A stretch of 14,165 nucleotides of DNA, from the NCBI GenBank assembly GCA_023511855.1, contig JAIMAR010000093.1, forward strand, positions 1 through 14,165. Reading direction: 5' to 3'. The translations under genes were made by a program, and so were the position numbers. Position 1 is the stretch's first letter. Each line of letters begins with the position of its first letter. Below, piece after piece: positions 1 through 7,804 of the stretch. The notes beneath the pieces are model-generated. The model was not told where the DNA came from. It did not search any database and was given only the letters and a program-made list of their open reading frames with translations. This DNA is from Bryobacteraceae bacterium (GTDB taxonomy: Bacteria; Acidobacteriota; Terriglobia; Bryobacterales; Bryobacteraceae).

Positions 1-121
1 GGCGCGCCGTGAGGCGGTCGGAGGGATGCTCGGGCGGCCCTCGGCGGGGCTACGGGCGGCGGTCGGGCTCACCCTCATGCGGGCGGGTGCGCGGCTGCTC
101 GGGGAGGTGAGGGTGTCGTGA
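1..121 (+). CDS. 3' end of an upstream gene (5' end outside the window), possibly the C-terminal beta-barrel of an NfeD-like partner of the downstream SPFH protein
   Basis: Frame 2 is open from position 2 to a TGA at 119-121 with high GC3. It translates to ...ARREAVGGMLGRPSAGLRAAVGLTLMRAGARLLGEVRVS*. The stop overlaps the GTG start of the next gene (GTGA), which suggests translational coupling. The NfeD assignment rests only on context (nfeD-SPFH operons are common) and a weak C-terminal resemblance. Confidence 0.3.
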   Translation, partial: ARREAVGGMLGRPSAGLRAAVGLTLMRAGARLLGEVRVS

Positions 122-2196
122 TCGGGCTGCTGGCAGTCATGCTCGCCAGCCTCGCCGCGTCTGCGGTGCGGCTGGCGGCGCAGTGGGAGCGGGCGATCGT
201 GCTGCGCCTGGGGCAGTTCCACGCCGAGCGGGGGCCGGGGCTCTTCTTCGTCATCCCGGTGATCGAGTCGGTGCCGTACGTGCTGGATATGCGCACGATC
301 ACCACCGTCTTTAAGGCGGAGCAGACGATGACGAAGGATACCGTCCCGGTCGATGTGGACGCCGTCCTCTTCTGGCGGGTGGTGAACCCGCAGAAGGCGA
401 CGCTGGAGGTGGCGAACTATCAGAACGCGGTGAGTTGGGCGTCGCAGACGGCGCTGCGCGACATCATCGGGCGCTCTACGCTGGCGGAGTTATTGAGCGA
501 CCGGGAGGCAATCGACGCCCGTCTGCGGACGGTGATCGACCAGCGGACGGAGCCGTGGGGGATGCGCGTGGAGTCGGTGGAGATTCGGGAAGTAGAGATC
601 CCGCAGGAGCTGCAAGACTCGATGGCTCGCCAGGCCCAGGCGGAGCGAGAGCGCCAGGCGCGGGTGATCCTGGGCGAATCGGAAACTCAGATCGCGGAAA
701 AATTCCAGCAAGCGGCAAAGTTCTACGCCGACAACCCCACCGCGCTCCATCTGCGCGCGATGAACATGCTTTACGAGAGTCTGCGCGACCGCGGCGCAGT
801 GGTGATCGTCCCCAGTTCCGCCGTGGAGACGATGAACCTGGGCGCCGTGGGCGGCCTTGTCAACACCCTCGGGATGGTCGACAGTGGCCCAGCGGTGGGC
901 GCCAAACCCCAAGCTGCCGAGAGCCACGCCGCTCCGAAGGAGCCGCAGGAGCCGCCGCCGGGCAGGAACTCCCGCTATGGACTGGATTTGATCAATCCTC
1001 ACCCGGACTGTTTGGCCGAAATCACCAGCGAGTATCCTTATCTCCAATACCGGTACGAGCTCTTCCGCGAAGAGATGCTCGACGAAGGTTCCATCGACCG
1101 CCGGCGGGTTCAGTACGAGCTGCTGAAAGAAGCCGAGAGATCGTACGAGAAGGCCACCGGCGAGAAGATCGCGCACTGGCAGCGGCTGCTGGTGGCGCGG
1201 TTTTCCCGCAACCTGGCGCTGTCGTCAGGCGAGCTGGCCCCCTCGCTGTTCGATTTGACTACAGCGGCCCGCTCGGTGGTGGATGACAACTACGGGTGGG
1301 ATGTGTGGGAGACGGGCGGGCGCTATCCGCCGCAGCGGGCCGACTCGGACCTGTTGACCGAGAACCTTACCGGTGAGCAAATCTGGCGGAACACGCGCCG
1401 GATCCGGCTGCGGCGAAGGCTGCCGACCCGCAAGCAACGGCTGCGGCCGGCCGGGCTCAAGCCTCGCAAGAAAGAGAAGACGCCGGGCGAGTGGGCGCAT
1501 CAGCTCGACGGCAACGCCATTTGCTCCTACCCACCCGAGGACATCGTCATCGAGGGCTACGGGCGTTTCTTGCAGAAGAAGGCCAAGAGCATTCTCTCCG
1601 AAGAGAGAATGCACACGGAGCCGTTCACCGCTTCGGTGCTGGACGGCATCGATCTGCGGGAGACGATCCGGCACTGGCATGAGAACCAGATCTACGTGCG
1701 GCAACTGGACAAGGTGGCGGGCGAGGTGGGTTCGGTGATCGTCATTTTCGATGAGGATCGCGAGGACCGTTACCCTTGGCTGACAACCTGGCTGGGTGAA
1801 CACGCCAACGAATCGGACATGGCTTTCTATTCGACTAACCCGTTTGAAAAGCTGGTGGGGCCGGGGATTGGGCGGGCCGAATACGGCGGATTCCTCATGA
1901 GCCTGCCGCCGCGGCGGATGATCGACGTCTGGACGGATCCGGACTATGATTTGGCGCAAAGCAAGCCCGAGCGACTGCTGCTGGCGGGTCTGGATTACTC
2001 GATCCACCGGCATGTGGTCTATGTGGCGGCCAAACCTCCGCGTTCGATCTATCGGAGCATTGCCGCGCGGCTGGGCCGGTCGATTCTGTACGTTCCGATC
2101 GGGGCGCTGGACCCGGCGAAGCTGAAGAAGATCCGCGTGGTGCACGTATTGGACAGCCACGCGCGCCGCGCGGAGGCCAAGCAATACATCTGGTGA
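118..2196 (+). CDS. Membrane-anchored SPFH/band-7 (stomatin/prohibitin-like) protein with a roughly 400-aa C-terminal extension of unknown function
   Basis: A 692-codon ORF starts at GTG 118, with GGAGG ten nt upstream. The N-terminus has a hydrophobic anchor (MIGLLAVMLASLAASAVRLAA). A canonical SPFH core follows (AIVLRLGQF...FFVIPVIESV...TKDTVPVDVDAVLFWRVVNP...ALRDIIG...EIREVEIPQELQDSMARQAQAERERQARVILGESE), with the C-helical region running through ...DNPTALHLRAMNMLYESL. This spans roughly aa 25-235. Next comes a Pro/Ala/Gln-rich linker, then roughly aa 290-692 with no motif I can assign. That part includes a strongly basic stretch (RRIRLRRRLPTRKQRLRPAGLKPRKKEK) at about nt 1396-1477. Confidence 0.85.
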   Translation: MIGLLAVMLASLAASAVRLAAQWERAIVLRLGQFHAERGPGLFFVIPVIESVPYVLDMRTITTVFKAEQTMTKDTVPVDVDAVLFWRVVNPQKATLEVANYQNAVSWASQTALRDIIGRSTLAELLSDREAIDARLRTVIDQRTEPWGMRVESVEIREVEIPQELQDSMARQAQAERERQARVILGESETQIAEKFQQAAKFYADNPTALHLRAMNMLYESLRDRGAVVIVPSSAVETMNLGAVGGLVNTLGMVDSGPAVGAKPQAAESHAAPKEPQEPPPGRNSRYGLDLINPHPDCLAEITSEYPYLQYRYELFREEMLDEGSIDRRRVQYELLKEAERSYEKATGEKIAHWQRLLVARFSRNLALSSGELAPSLFDLTTAARSVVDDNYGWDVWETGGRYPPQRADSDLLTENLTGEQIWRNTRRIRLRRRLPTRKQRLRPAGLKPRKKEKTPGEWAHQLDGNAICSYPPEDIVIEGYGRFLQKKAKSILSEERMHTEPFTASVLDGIDLRETIRHWHENQIYVRQLDKVAGEVGSVIVIFDEDREDRYPWLTTWLGEHANESDMAFYSTNPFEKLVGPGIGRAEYGGFLMSLPPRRMIDVWTDPDYDLAQSKPERLLLAGLDYSIHRHVVYVAAKPPRSIYRSIAARLGRSILYVPIGALDPAKLKKIRVVHVLDSHARRAEAKQYIW

Positions 2197-2244
2197 TAGG
2201 TAGTGGCTGCCTACAGGCTTGCGCTGTGCCGGCGCAACGTGAAT

Positions 2245-2275
2245 TTGGTCCGGGCGCAGGGAGGTCCACTATAAT
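2245..2275 (+). promoter_or_regulatory. Candidate sigma70-type promoter for the TerC-family gene, leaving a roughly 125-nt leader
   Basis: A perfect TATAAT at 2270-2275 is preceded by TTGGTC at 2245-2250. The 19-nt spacer is longer than optimal. The element lies in the 210-nt intergenic gap upstream of the gene at 2409. Confidence 0.3.
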
Positions 2276-2408
2276 AAAGGAAGCATCCGCCCGGCTCGAG
2301 TGGAGGCCGATTCCGTTTACAAAGAAAAAGTCTAGCGGGTGCGGTCTAGGAAGAGCGAAACGCTTGACGGATCGAAGACGAATTGCAGAGCCCCTCAGCA
2401 GAGGTTGA

Positions 2409-3425
2409 ATGGTCAGCCTGTTCCCTTTCTCCGAATACTGGTGGTTTTACCTTTCTTTTACCGGATTCGTGCTGCTTCTGTTGGCGATCGACCTGGGAGT
2501 GTTTCACCGCAAGGCACACGTAGTCTCCTTTCGGGAAGCGGCAGTCTGGAGCGCCATTTGGGTCACCCTGGCGCTGGTGTTCAACTACCTCTTTTATCAA
2601 TACGCGCTGTGGAGGTTCCCCCAGAACGAGCGGCTGGCCGGACTGGGAATCAACCCGGCCGCTGCGGCGCGCCAAGCCGGGCTGGAGTTTTTCACCGGCT
2701 ACCTGGTGGAGAAGTCGCTGTCGGTCGACAACATTTTCGTTTTTGTTCTTGTCTTCCGCTACTTCGCCATTCCATCCCAGTACCAGCACCGGGTTCTGTT
2801 TTTCGGGATTCTGGGGGCGCTGATATTCCGCGCGATTTTCATCACCATGGGCGCCATGCTGTTGCGCTATGAGTGGGTGGTGTTCCTGTTTGGGGCCTTT
2901 TTAATCTTCACCGGCATCAAGATGCTGTTTGTTCCGGACCGTGGTTTTCATCCCGAAAAGAACCCTCTGATCCGGCTTTTCCGCAAGCTGGTTCCAGTCA
3001 CGGACAGCTTTGAAGGGCAACGGTTCTTTGTGCGCCGCGGAGGGAAGTGGTTCGCCACGCCGCTGATGGTGGTGCTGGTGTTTGTGGAGGCGACGGATAT
3101 TGTTTTCGCCATCGACTCGGTTCCCGCTATTTTCGCGCTCACCCGGGAGCCGCTGATCGTGTACACGTCAAACGTTTTTGCGATTTTAGGCTTGCGCGCC
3201 ATGTACTTTCTGCTGGCCGGGGCGGTGGAAAAGTTCCATATGTTGAAGTATGGGTTGGCGTTGGTGCTGATCTTTGTGGGGTTGAAGATGGTGTGGCTGA
3301 ATCACGCCTATGGCGGGAAGTTTCCCATTGGCATTTCGCTGGCGGTGATCTCGGTGCTGGTGGGAGTTTCGATCGCGCTGTCATTCCTGATTCCCAAGCG
3401 TAGCGCGCCGGCGGACGCGGCCTAA
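2409..3425 (+). CDS. TerC family integral membrane protein (Alx/YkoY/TerC-type putative Mn2+/metal efflux protein)
   Basis: The 338-aa product is polytopic and hydrophobic, with the family-typical EKSLSVDNIFVF... block and repeated TM helices. ATG 2409 is preceded by AGAGGT. Confidence 0.9.
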   Translation: MVSLFPFSEYWWFYLSFTGFVLLLLAIDLGVFHRKAHVVSFREAAVWSAIWVTLALVFNYLFYQYALWRFPQNERLAGLGINPAAAARQAGLEFFTGYLVEKSLSVDNIFVFVLVFRYFAIPSQYQHRVLFFGILGALIFRAIFITMGAMLLRYEWVVFLFGAFLIFTGIKMLFVPDRGFHPEKNPLIRLFRKLVPVTDSFEGQRFFVRRGGKWFATPLMVVLVFVEATDIVFAIDSVPAIFALTREPLIVYTSNVFAILGLRAMYFLLAGAVEKFHMLKYGLALVLIFVGLKMVWLNHAYGGKFPIGISLAVISVLVGVSIALSFLIPKRSAPADAA

Positions 3426-3668
3426 GGGGAGGCGCTCAAAGGCCGGGGCGGGCGTGGTATGCTCAGCAAGGAGCGTTTCTGCAAAGCAGGTGGCTGGCCA
3501 CCAATGTTGATCCAACACCATTGACCAAGGGATCTGGCTCGAATACGCGCTGGTGAGCAAGCTCCGAACCAGGAGAAGCCTAAAGGCGCGCGGCGGATAC
3601 CCAACCGTTTACAAGAGCGGGTCAATCCCGGGGCCGGCCACGGCCAAGTGGTGCGCTCCATTTCTTTC

Positions 3669-4454
3669 ATGAAGATACTTTTCATCGGGGACATATTCGC
3701 CTCGGCCGGGCGGCGGATTCTAGCGGAGCAGTTACCGCAGATAACCGCCTCGGAGGGCATCGATCTGGTGATTGCCAATGCGGAGAACGCCGCAGGCGGC
3801 TTCGGGCTCACGCCCCTGGTGGCCGAGGAGCTGTTCTCGATGGGCATCCACGTGCTCACCAGCGGTAATCACATTTGGGACAAGAAGGAGATCACCGATT
3901 ATCTGGCGCAGCAGCCGCGGTTGCTGCGCCCGGCGAATTACGCGGACGGCGCTCCAGGCGCTGGGGTGGCGATCGTCGATGCGGCCGCGGGCGTCCGTTG
4001 CGCGGTGATCAACTTGCAAGGCCGGACGCACATGCCCCCCACCGATTGCCCATTCCGAAAGGCGGACGAGATTCTCAATGCGCTGGACGCCTCTATCAGG
4101 GTGCGCATTGTCGATTTTCATGCCGAAGTCACCAGCGAGAAGATGGCCATGGGCTGGTATCTGGATGGCCGGGTGAGCGCGGTGATCGGAACCCACACCC
4201 ACATCCCCACCGCAGATGAGCGTATCCTGCCGAGGGGGACGGCCTACCAGACCGACGTGGGGATGACGGGCGCCTACGACTCGGTGATTGGTGTGCAGAA
4301 GGACATCGTGTTGAAGCGGTTCCTGACTTCACTGCCGGTGCGAATGGAGGCGGCCAAGCGCGGCGTTGAGCTGCATGCGGCGCTGCTGGATGTGGATGAA
4401 GCAACCGGCCTAGCCCGCTCCATTCAGCGCTATTCGGTTTCAGGCGGGTACTGA
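3669..4454 (+). CDS. ymdB: YmdB-like metallophosphoesterase (TIGR00282-type 2',3'-cyclic-nucleotide phosphodiesterase family)
   Basis: The N-terminus MKILFIGDI..GR....L..........DLVIANAENAAGG.GLT......L...G..V.T.GNH.WDKKEI parallels Bacillus YmdB (MRILFIGDVVG...NGENAAHGKGLT...GNHTWDKKEI). The ORF caller's GTG 3648 start would add 7 aa; the ATG at 3669 matches the family N-terminus. No clear SD is present. Confidence 0.85.
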   Translation: MKILFIGDIFASAGRRILAEQLPQITASEGIDLVIANAENAAGGFGLTPLVAEELFSMGIHVLTSGNHIWDKKEITDYLAQQPRLLRPANYADGAPGAGVAIVDAAAGVRCAVINLQGRTHMPPTDCPFRKADEILNALDASIRVRIVDFHAEVTSEKMAMGWYLDGRVSAVIGTHTHIPTADERILPRGTAYQTDVGMTGAYDSVIGVQKDIVLKRFLTSLPVRMEAAKRGVELHAALLDVDEATGLARSIQRYSVSGGY

Positions 4455-5188
4455 ACCTCGACGAGAAACAGACCCCTCGAGGGCAACGTGGGGCCGGCGC
4501 GGAGGCCGCAGCCCGGCTGAAGGAAGGCTTTCAACTCCGCCTCGCCCAAGTTGCCTTTTCCGGCCTCGAGGAGAACCCCTGCCAGAGTCCGCACCATGTG
4601 CTTGAGAAAGCCGCTGCCGGTGACCCGGTAAATCAGGCGCTCGCCGTCGAGCCAGGCGCGGCTGCTGAAAATGGTCCGCACCTTGGAGCCGCCCAAAGCA
4701 TCCTTCTCGTCGGCTGCGGCGAAGGCGGAAAAGTCGTGTTCTCCCTCGAGCATGGGGGCCAATTCGAGAATACGCTCAACCTGGAGCGGGTAGGGATAGT
4801 GGTGCACATAGAGCCGCTCGAAAGGCGGGCAGACTTCGCCGCGGTAGATCCTGTACTCGTAGGTCTTGCCGAGGGCGTGGTGGCGCGGGTGGAAATTCGG
4901 TGCGGCTTGCTGGACGTGCAGAACTCGGATGGAGGCGGGCAGCAGGCGGTTCATCGCCTTCTTGAGGTTGGGGAGGGGGATAGGGTTGGAGAGGGTAAAA
5001 GCGGCCACTTGCGCCAGCGCATGTACGCCGGCATCGGTCCGTCCGGAGCCGAGCACGGCCACCGGCTTGCCTTCAATCTCCTCCAGCACGGCTTCGAGCG
5101 CGCCCTGGATGGTCGGCAGGCCGGGTTGCACCTGCCAGCCGTGGTAGTCGGTTCCGTCGTAGGACAGCGTGATTCGGATGCGCCGCAT
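4430..5188 (-). CDS. truA: tRNA pseudouridine(38-40) synthase TruA
   Basis: The 252-aa product begins MRRIRITLSYDGTDYHGWQVQ, then ...LGSGRTDAGVHALAQVAAF, with the TruA catalytic Asp motif context. It sits 10 nt downstream of pyrE on the same strand. Confidence 0.9.
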   Translation of the reverse strand: MRRIRITLSYDGTDYHGWQVQPGLPTIQGALEAVLEEIEGKPVAVLGSGRTDAGVHALAQVAAFTLSNPIPLPNLKKAMNRLLPASIRVLHVQQAAPNFHPRHHALGKTYEYRIYRGEVCPPFERLYVHHYPYPLQVERILELAPMLEGEHDFSAFAAADEKDALGGSKVRTIFSSRAWLDGERLIYRVTGSGFLKHMVRTLAGVLLEAGKGNLGEAELKAFLQPGCGLRAGPTLPSRGLFLVEVQYPPETE

Positions 5189-5198
5189 GAAGCCAACT

Positions 5199-5792
5199 TC
5201 AGGAGGGACGGGAGCCCGGCTTGACCACGGGAATGCCCTGAGCGCAGAGCGGGCACTGGTCCGGCGGCCAGGCGACAGCGCGCAGTGTTTCCAGGGCGAC
5301 GCGGGGCACGCCCACGTCCGCCTCGCCGCCGCTGCGGTCGATGATGGAGCCGGCGGCCAACACTTCGGCGCCGGTCGCGCGCAGTACGTCGATCACTTCG
5401 CGGGTGCTCCCGCCGGTGGTCACCACATCCTCGATGACGACCGCGGTCTCTCCCGGCCGGAGGCAAAAGCCGCGGCGCAGGGTCATTCGGCCGTCGGCCC
5501 CGCGCTCGGTGAACAGGAAACGCGCGCCCAGGGTCCGAGCGACTTCGTGGCCGATGATGAGCCCTCCAAGGGCTGGGGCAGCGACAGTTTGGACCGGGCG
5601 CCCGCCCAACAACCGCTGCACCTTGTCGGCCAGACGGCGGCCCAAGGCTTCGGCCTGAGAAGGGTGCTGCAACACCAGGGCGCACTGGAGGTACTCGGAG
5701 CTGTGCATGCCGCTGGTAAGGCGAAAATGGCCGCGCAGATACGCGCCGAAGGATTCAAACAGCTTAAGGATGCTGTCATCTTGCGGGATCAT
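5199..5792 (-). CDS. pyrE: Orotate phosphoribosyltransferase (short type-I PRTase form)
   Basis: The 197-aa product carries GHFRLTSGMHSSEY and the PRPP-binding loop VVIEDVVTTGGST, at a size typical of actinobacterial/Thermus-type PyrE. Confidence 0.85.
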   Translation of the reverse strand: MIPQDDSILKLFESFGAYLRGHFRLTSGMHSSEYLQCALVLQHPSQAEALGRRLADKVQRLLGGRPVQTVAAPALGGLIIGHEVARTLGARFLFTERGADGRMTLRRGFCLRPGETAVVIEDVVTTGGSTREVIDVLRATGAEVLAAGSIIDRSGGEADVGVPRVALETLRAVAWPPDQCPLCAQGIPVVKPGSRPS

Positions 5793-5802
5793 TCGTGCCT
5801 AC

Positions 5803-5811
5803 TATACCATT
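5803..5811 (-). promoter_or_regulatory. Extended -10 element (TGgTATAGT on the minus strand) immediately upstream of pyrE
   Basis: The minus strand reads ...caaTGgTATAGTaggcacgaATG. Only about 10 nt separate the -10 from the pyrE ATG and there is no SD, which is consistent with a leaderless or near-leaderless transcript. Confidence 0.35.
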
Positions 5812-5891
5812 GAAAAATCAAGGAACAGAGGCGCCCTGCGGCGCGTTTAACTGTTCTTGAGGTCCAATCTCACCTTGCCAGGACTGAAACC

Positions 5892-7685
5892 ATGAAGCGA
5901 TTGCAAACTGCAACGGCGATTTTTTGCGTTTGGATTTTATCTCCACTTTCCGGGCTTGCCCAAATGCCGGCCCCTTTTCAGGGCGCACCCCTGAGTCCGG
6001 CCGGCGGGCTTTATCAACCCTACCGCTGGCGGCAGGAACCGCCGGTGAATCTGACCAACTCCGGCCGTCTGGATTCCCTGATCCGCGCCGGACGGATCTA
6101 TTTGTCCTTGCAGGACGCCATCGCACTGGCTCTGGAGAACAACCTCGACATCGAGCTCCAACGTTACAACCTTCGCAACGCGGATGCCGCCCTGTTGAAG
6201 GCGGAGGCCGGAGGAGCAGGCGTTCCTGTATACGATCCGGTGGCCAGCTTCAACTACAATTTCGCGCATCAGACCACGCCCCAGACCAGCTCCTTCGTCA
6301 CGGGCACCAACTCGCTGGTCAACCGGGTGAAAACGGCCAACTTTTCCATCCAGAAAGGCTTTGCGACGGGCACCACAGCGACATTCGGGTGGAACAACAC
6401 GTTCGCCCGAAGCAACTCCGGGCGCAGCGACTTCAACCCGTCGATGAGCTCCAACTTTAGCCTCCAGATCACTCAGCCTCTGCTGCGCGGCTTCGGATGG
6501 GCAGTCAACAACCGCAATATCAGGGTGGCGAAGAATAACCGTCAAGTCTCGGATCTGGCCTTCCGGGAGCAGGTGATTAACATCGTCGCCAACGTTGTGA
6601 ACCTGTACTGGGATCTGGTCAGCTACAACGAAGACGTCAAGGTCAAGCGCCAGGCCTTGGCGTTGGCCGAGAAACTGCGCAGCGACAACCAGAAGCAGGT
6701 TGAGATCGGAACGCTGGCGCCCATTGAGGTGGTTCGGGCCGAGGCGCAAGTGGCCTTGAGCCAGCAGGATCTGACAATTTCCGAGACGCGCCTGCTGCAA
6801 CAGGAGACGCTGCTGAAAAACGCGCTCAGCCGCACAGGAGTGGCGAGTCCCCTGCTGGCGGAGGCCCGAATCGTTCCGACCGATCTGATCCGCGTGCCGG
6901 CCGTAGAGCCGATCCAGCCGATTCAGGACCTGATCGCCCAAGCCTTGAGCAGCCGCCCCGATCTGGATCAGAGCCGCATCCAGATTGAGAACAGCAAGAT
7001 CAGTTTGGAGGGCATTAAAAGCTCGCTGAAGCCATCTTTGGACCTGGTCGGCTCGCTCCAGAACAACGGTCTGGCTGGGCAGATCAACTCCTTGCCGATC
7101 CCTCCCATTCCGGGTACTAACCTTCCGCCGGCGCAGCGCAATCCCAACAGCGTAGACCCGTTCTTTTTGGGCGGCTACGGGACGGTGCTGTCGCAACTGT
7201 TCGCGCGGAACTTTCCGAACTACGGGGTGGGATTCCAGCTCAACATCCCTTTGCGCAACCGCTCGGCGCAGGCGGACATGATCCAGAACCAGCTCGCCTT
7301 GCGGCAGCAGGAGATCCGCCAGCAACAGCTCATTAATCAAATCCGGCTGGATGTGACCAATGCCTTAATCGCCCTGCAACAGGCGCGGGCTACCTATGAG
7401 GCCGCGGTCAAGACCCGCATCCTGCAAGAACAGACGCTGGACGCCGAGGAGAAGAAATACGCGTTGGGCGCGTCGACGATTTTCTTTGTGATTCAGGCGC
7501 AGAGAGATCTGGCGCAGGCCCGCTCATCGGAGGTTGCAGCTCTCAGCAACTACAGTAAGGCTCGCGTGGCTCTCGACCGAGCGACCGGCCAGGTGCTGGC
7601 GGCCTACGGCGTGGAAATCGAGGAAGCGAAAAGCGGAAAAGTGGCTCGCGGCCCTAGCCCGCTGCCCCCGGAAGAGAAGAACTGA
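5892..7685 (+). CDS. TolC-family outer membrane efflux protein (OMF), orphan
   Basis: The 597-aa product has a Sec signal peptide (MKRLQTATAIFCVWILSPLSGLAQ). A typical OMF N-terminal repeat follows (LSLQDAIALALENNLDIELQRYNLRNADAALLKAEAGG). There are two coiled-coil/beta-barrel repeat halves and a Pro-rich insertion (INSLPIPPIPGTNLPPAQRNPNSVDP). No membrane-fusion, RND or ABC partner genes are adjacent. Confidence 0.85.
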   Translation: MKRLQTATAIFCVWILSPLSGLAQMPAPFQGAPLSPAGGLYQPYRWRQEPPVNLTNSGRLDSLIRAGRIYLSLQDAIALALENNLDIELQRYNLRNADAALLKAEAGGAGVPVYDPVASFNYNFAHQTTPQTSSFVTGTNSLVNRVKTANFSIQKGFATGTTATFGWNNTFARSNSGRSDFNPSMSSNFSLQITQPLLRGFGWAVNNRNIRVAKNNRQVSDLAFREQVINIVANVVNLYWDLVSYNEDVKVKRQALALAEKLRSDNQKQVEIGTLAPIEVVRAEAQVALSQQDLTISETRLLQQETLLKNALSRTGVASPLLAEARIVPTDLIRVPAVEPIQPIQDLIAQALSSRPDLDQSRIQIENSKISLEGIKSSLKPSLDLVGSLQNNGLAGQINSLPIPPIPGTNLPPAQRNPNSVDPFFLGGYGTVLSQLFARNFPNYGVGFQLNIPLRNRSAQADMIQNQLALRQQEIRQQQLINQIRLDVTNALIALQQARATYEAAVKTRILQEQTLDAEEKKYALGASTIFFVIQAQRDLAQARSSEVAALSNYSKARVALDRATGQVLAAYGVEIEEAKSGKVARGPSPLPPEEKN

Positions 7686-7804
7686 GCTCAAGCGCGCCAC
7701 AGCGCAGAGGCGGCGCCTGCGGTGCGGTTCTGATGTTCGCCGCTCGGAGATGCGCCGGGAAGCAAGGGCTACACGGCTGTGTAAAAATGACCACCCTGCC
7801 GCGC

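Noticed and set aside
435-2184. Long alternative-frame ORFs inside the SPFH gene (435..1286 +, 490..1176 -, 1225..2184 -, 1373..1738 +)
   Set aside because: Their products are Arg/Pro/Gly-rich and low-complexity, typical of off-frame translation in high-GC DNA. The frame at 118 gives a recognisable SPFH domain.
2276-2408. yybP-ykoY Mn2+ riboswitch upstream of TerC
   Set aside because: Expected from context, but I could not find the conserved GGGGAGUAG / 4-way-junction core by eye. It is kept only as a candidate regulatory leader (see findings).
3648-3668. GTG 3648 as the ymdB start
   Set aside because: The family N-terminus is MKILFIGD (ATG 3669); the extra 7 aa (MVRSISF) have no counterpart. 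Neither start has an SD, so this is only a preference.
4598-5813. Plus-strand ORFs 4598..5224 and 5169..5813, and minus 4951..5685, overlapping truA/pyrE
   Set aside because: The minus-strand frames chosen give canonical TruA and PRTase motifs; the alternatives are compositionally biased antisense or off-frame artefacts.
5937-7340. 467-aa minus-strand ORF antisense to the TolC-family gene (also 5924..6460 +)
   Set aside because: Arg/Gln/Leu/Val-rich antisense artefact; the plus frame has a signal peptide and OMF repeats.
7702-7730. Intrinsic terminator after the TolC-family gene (CGCAG...CTGCG hairpin)
   Set aside because: Only a 5-bp stem with a 9-nt loop and a poor U-tract; not convincing.
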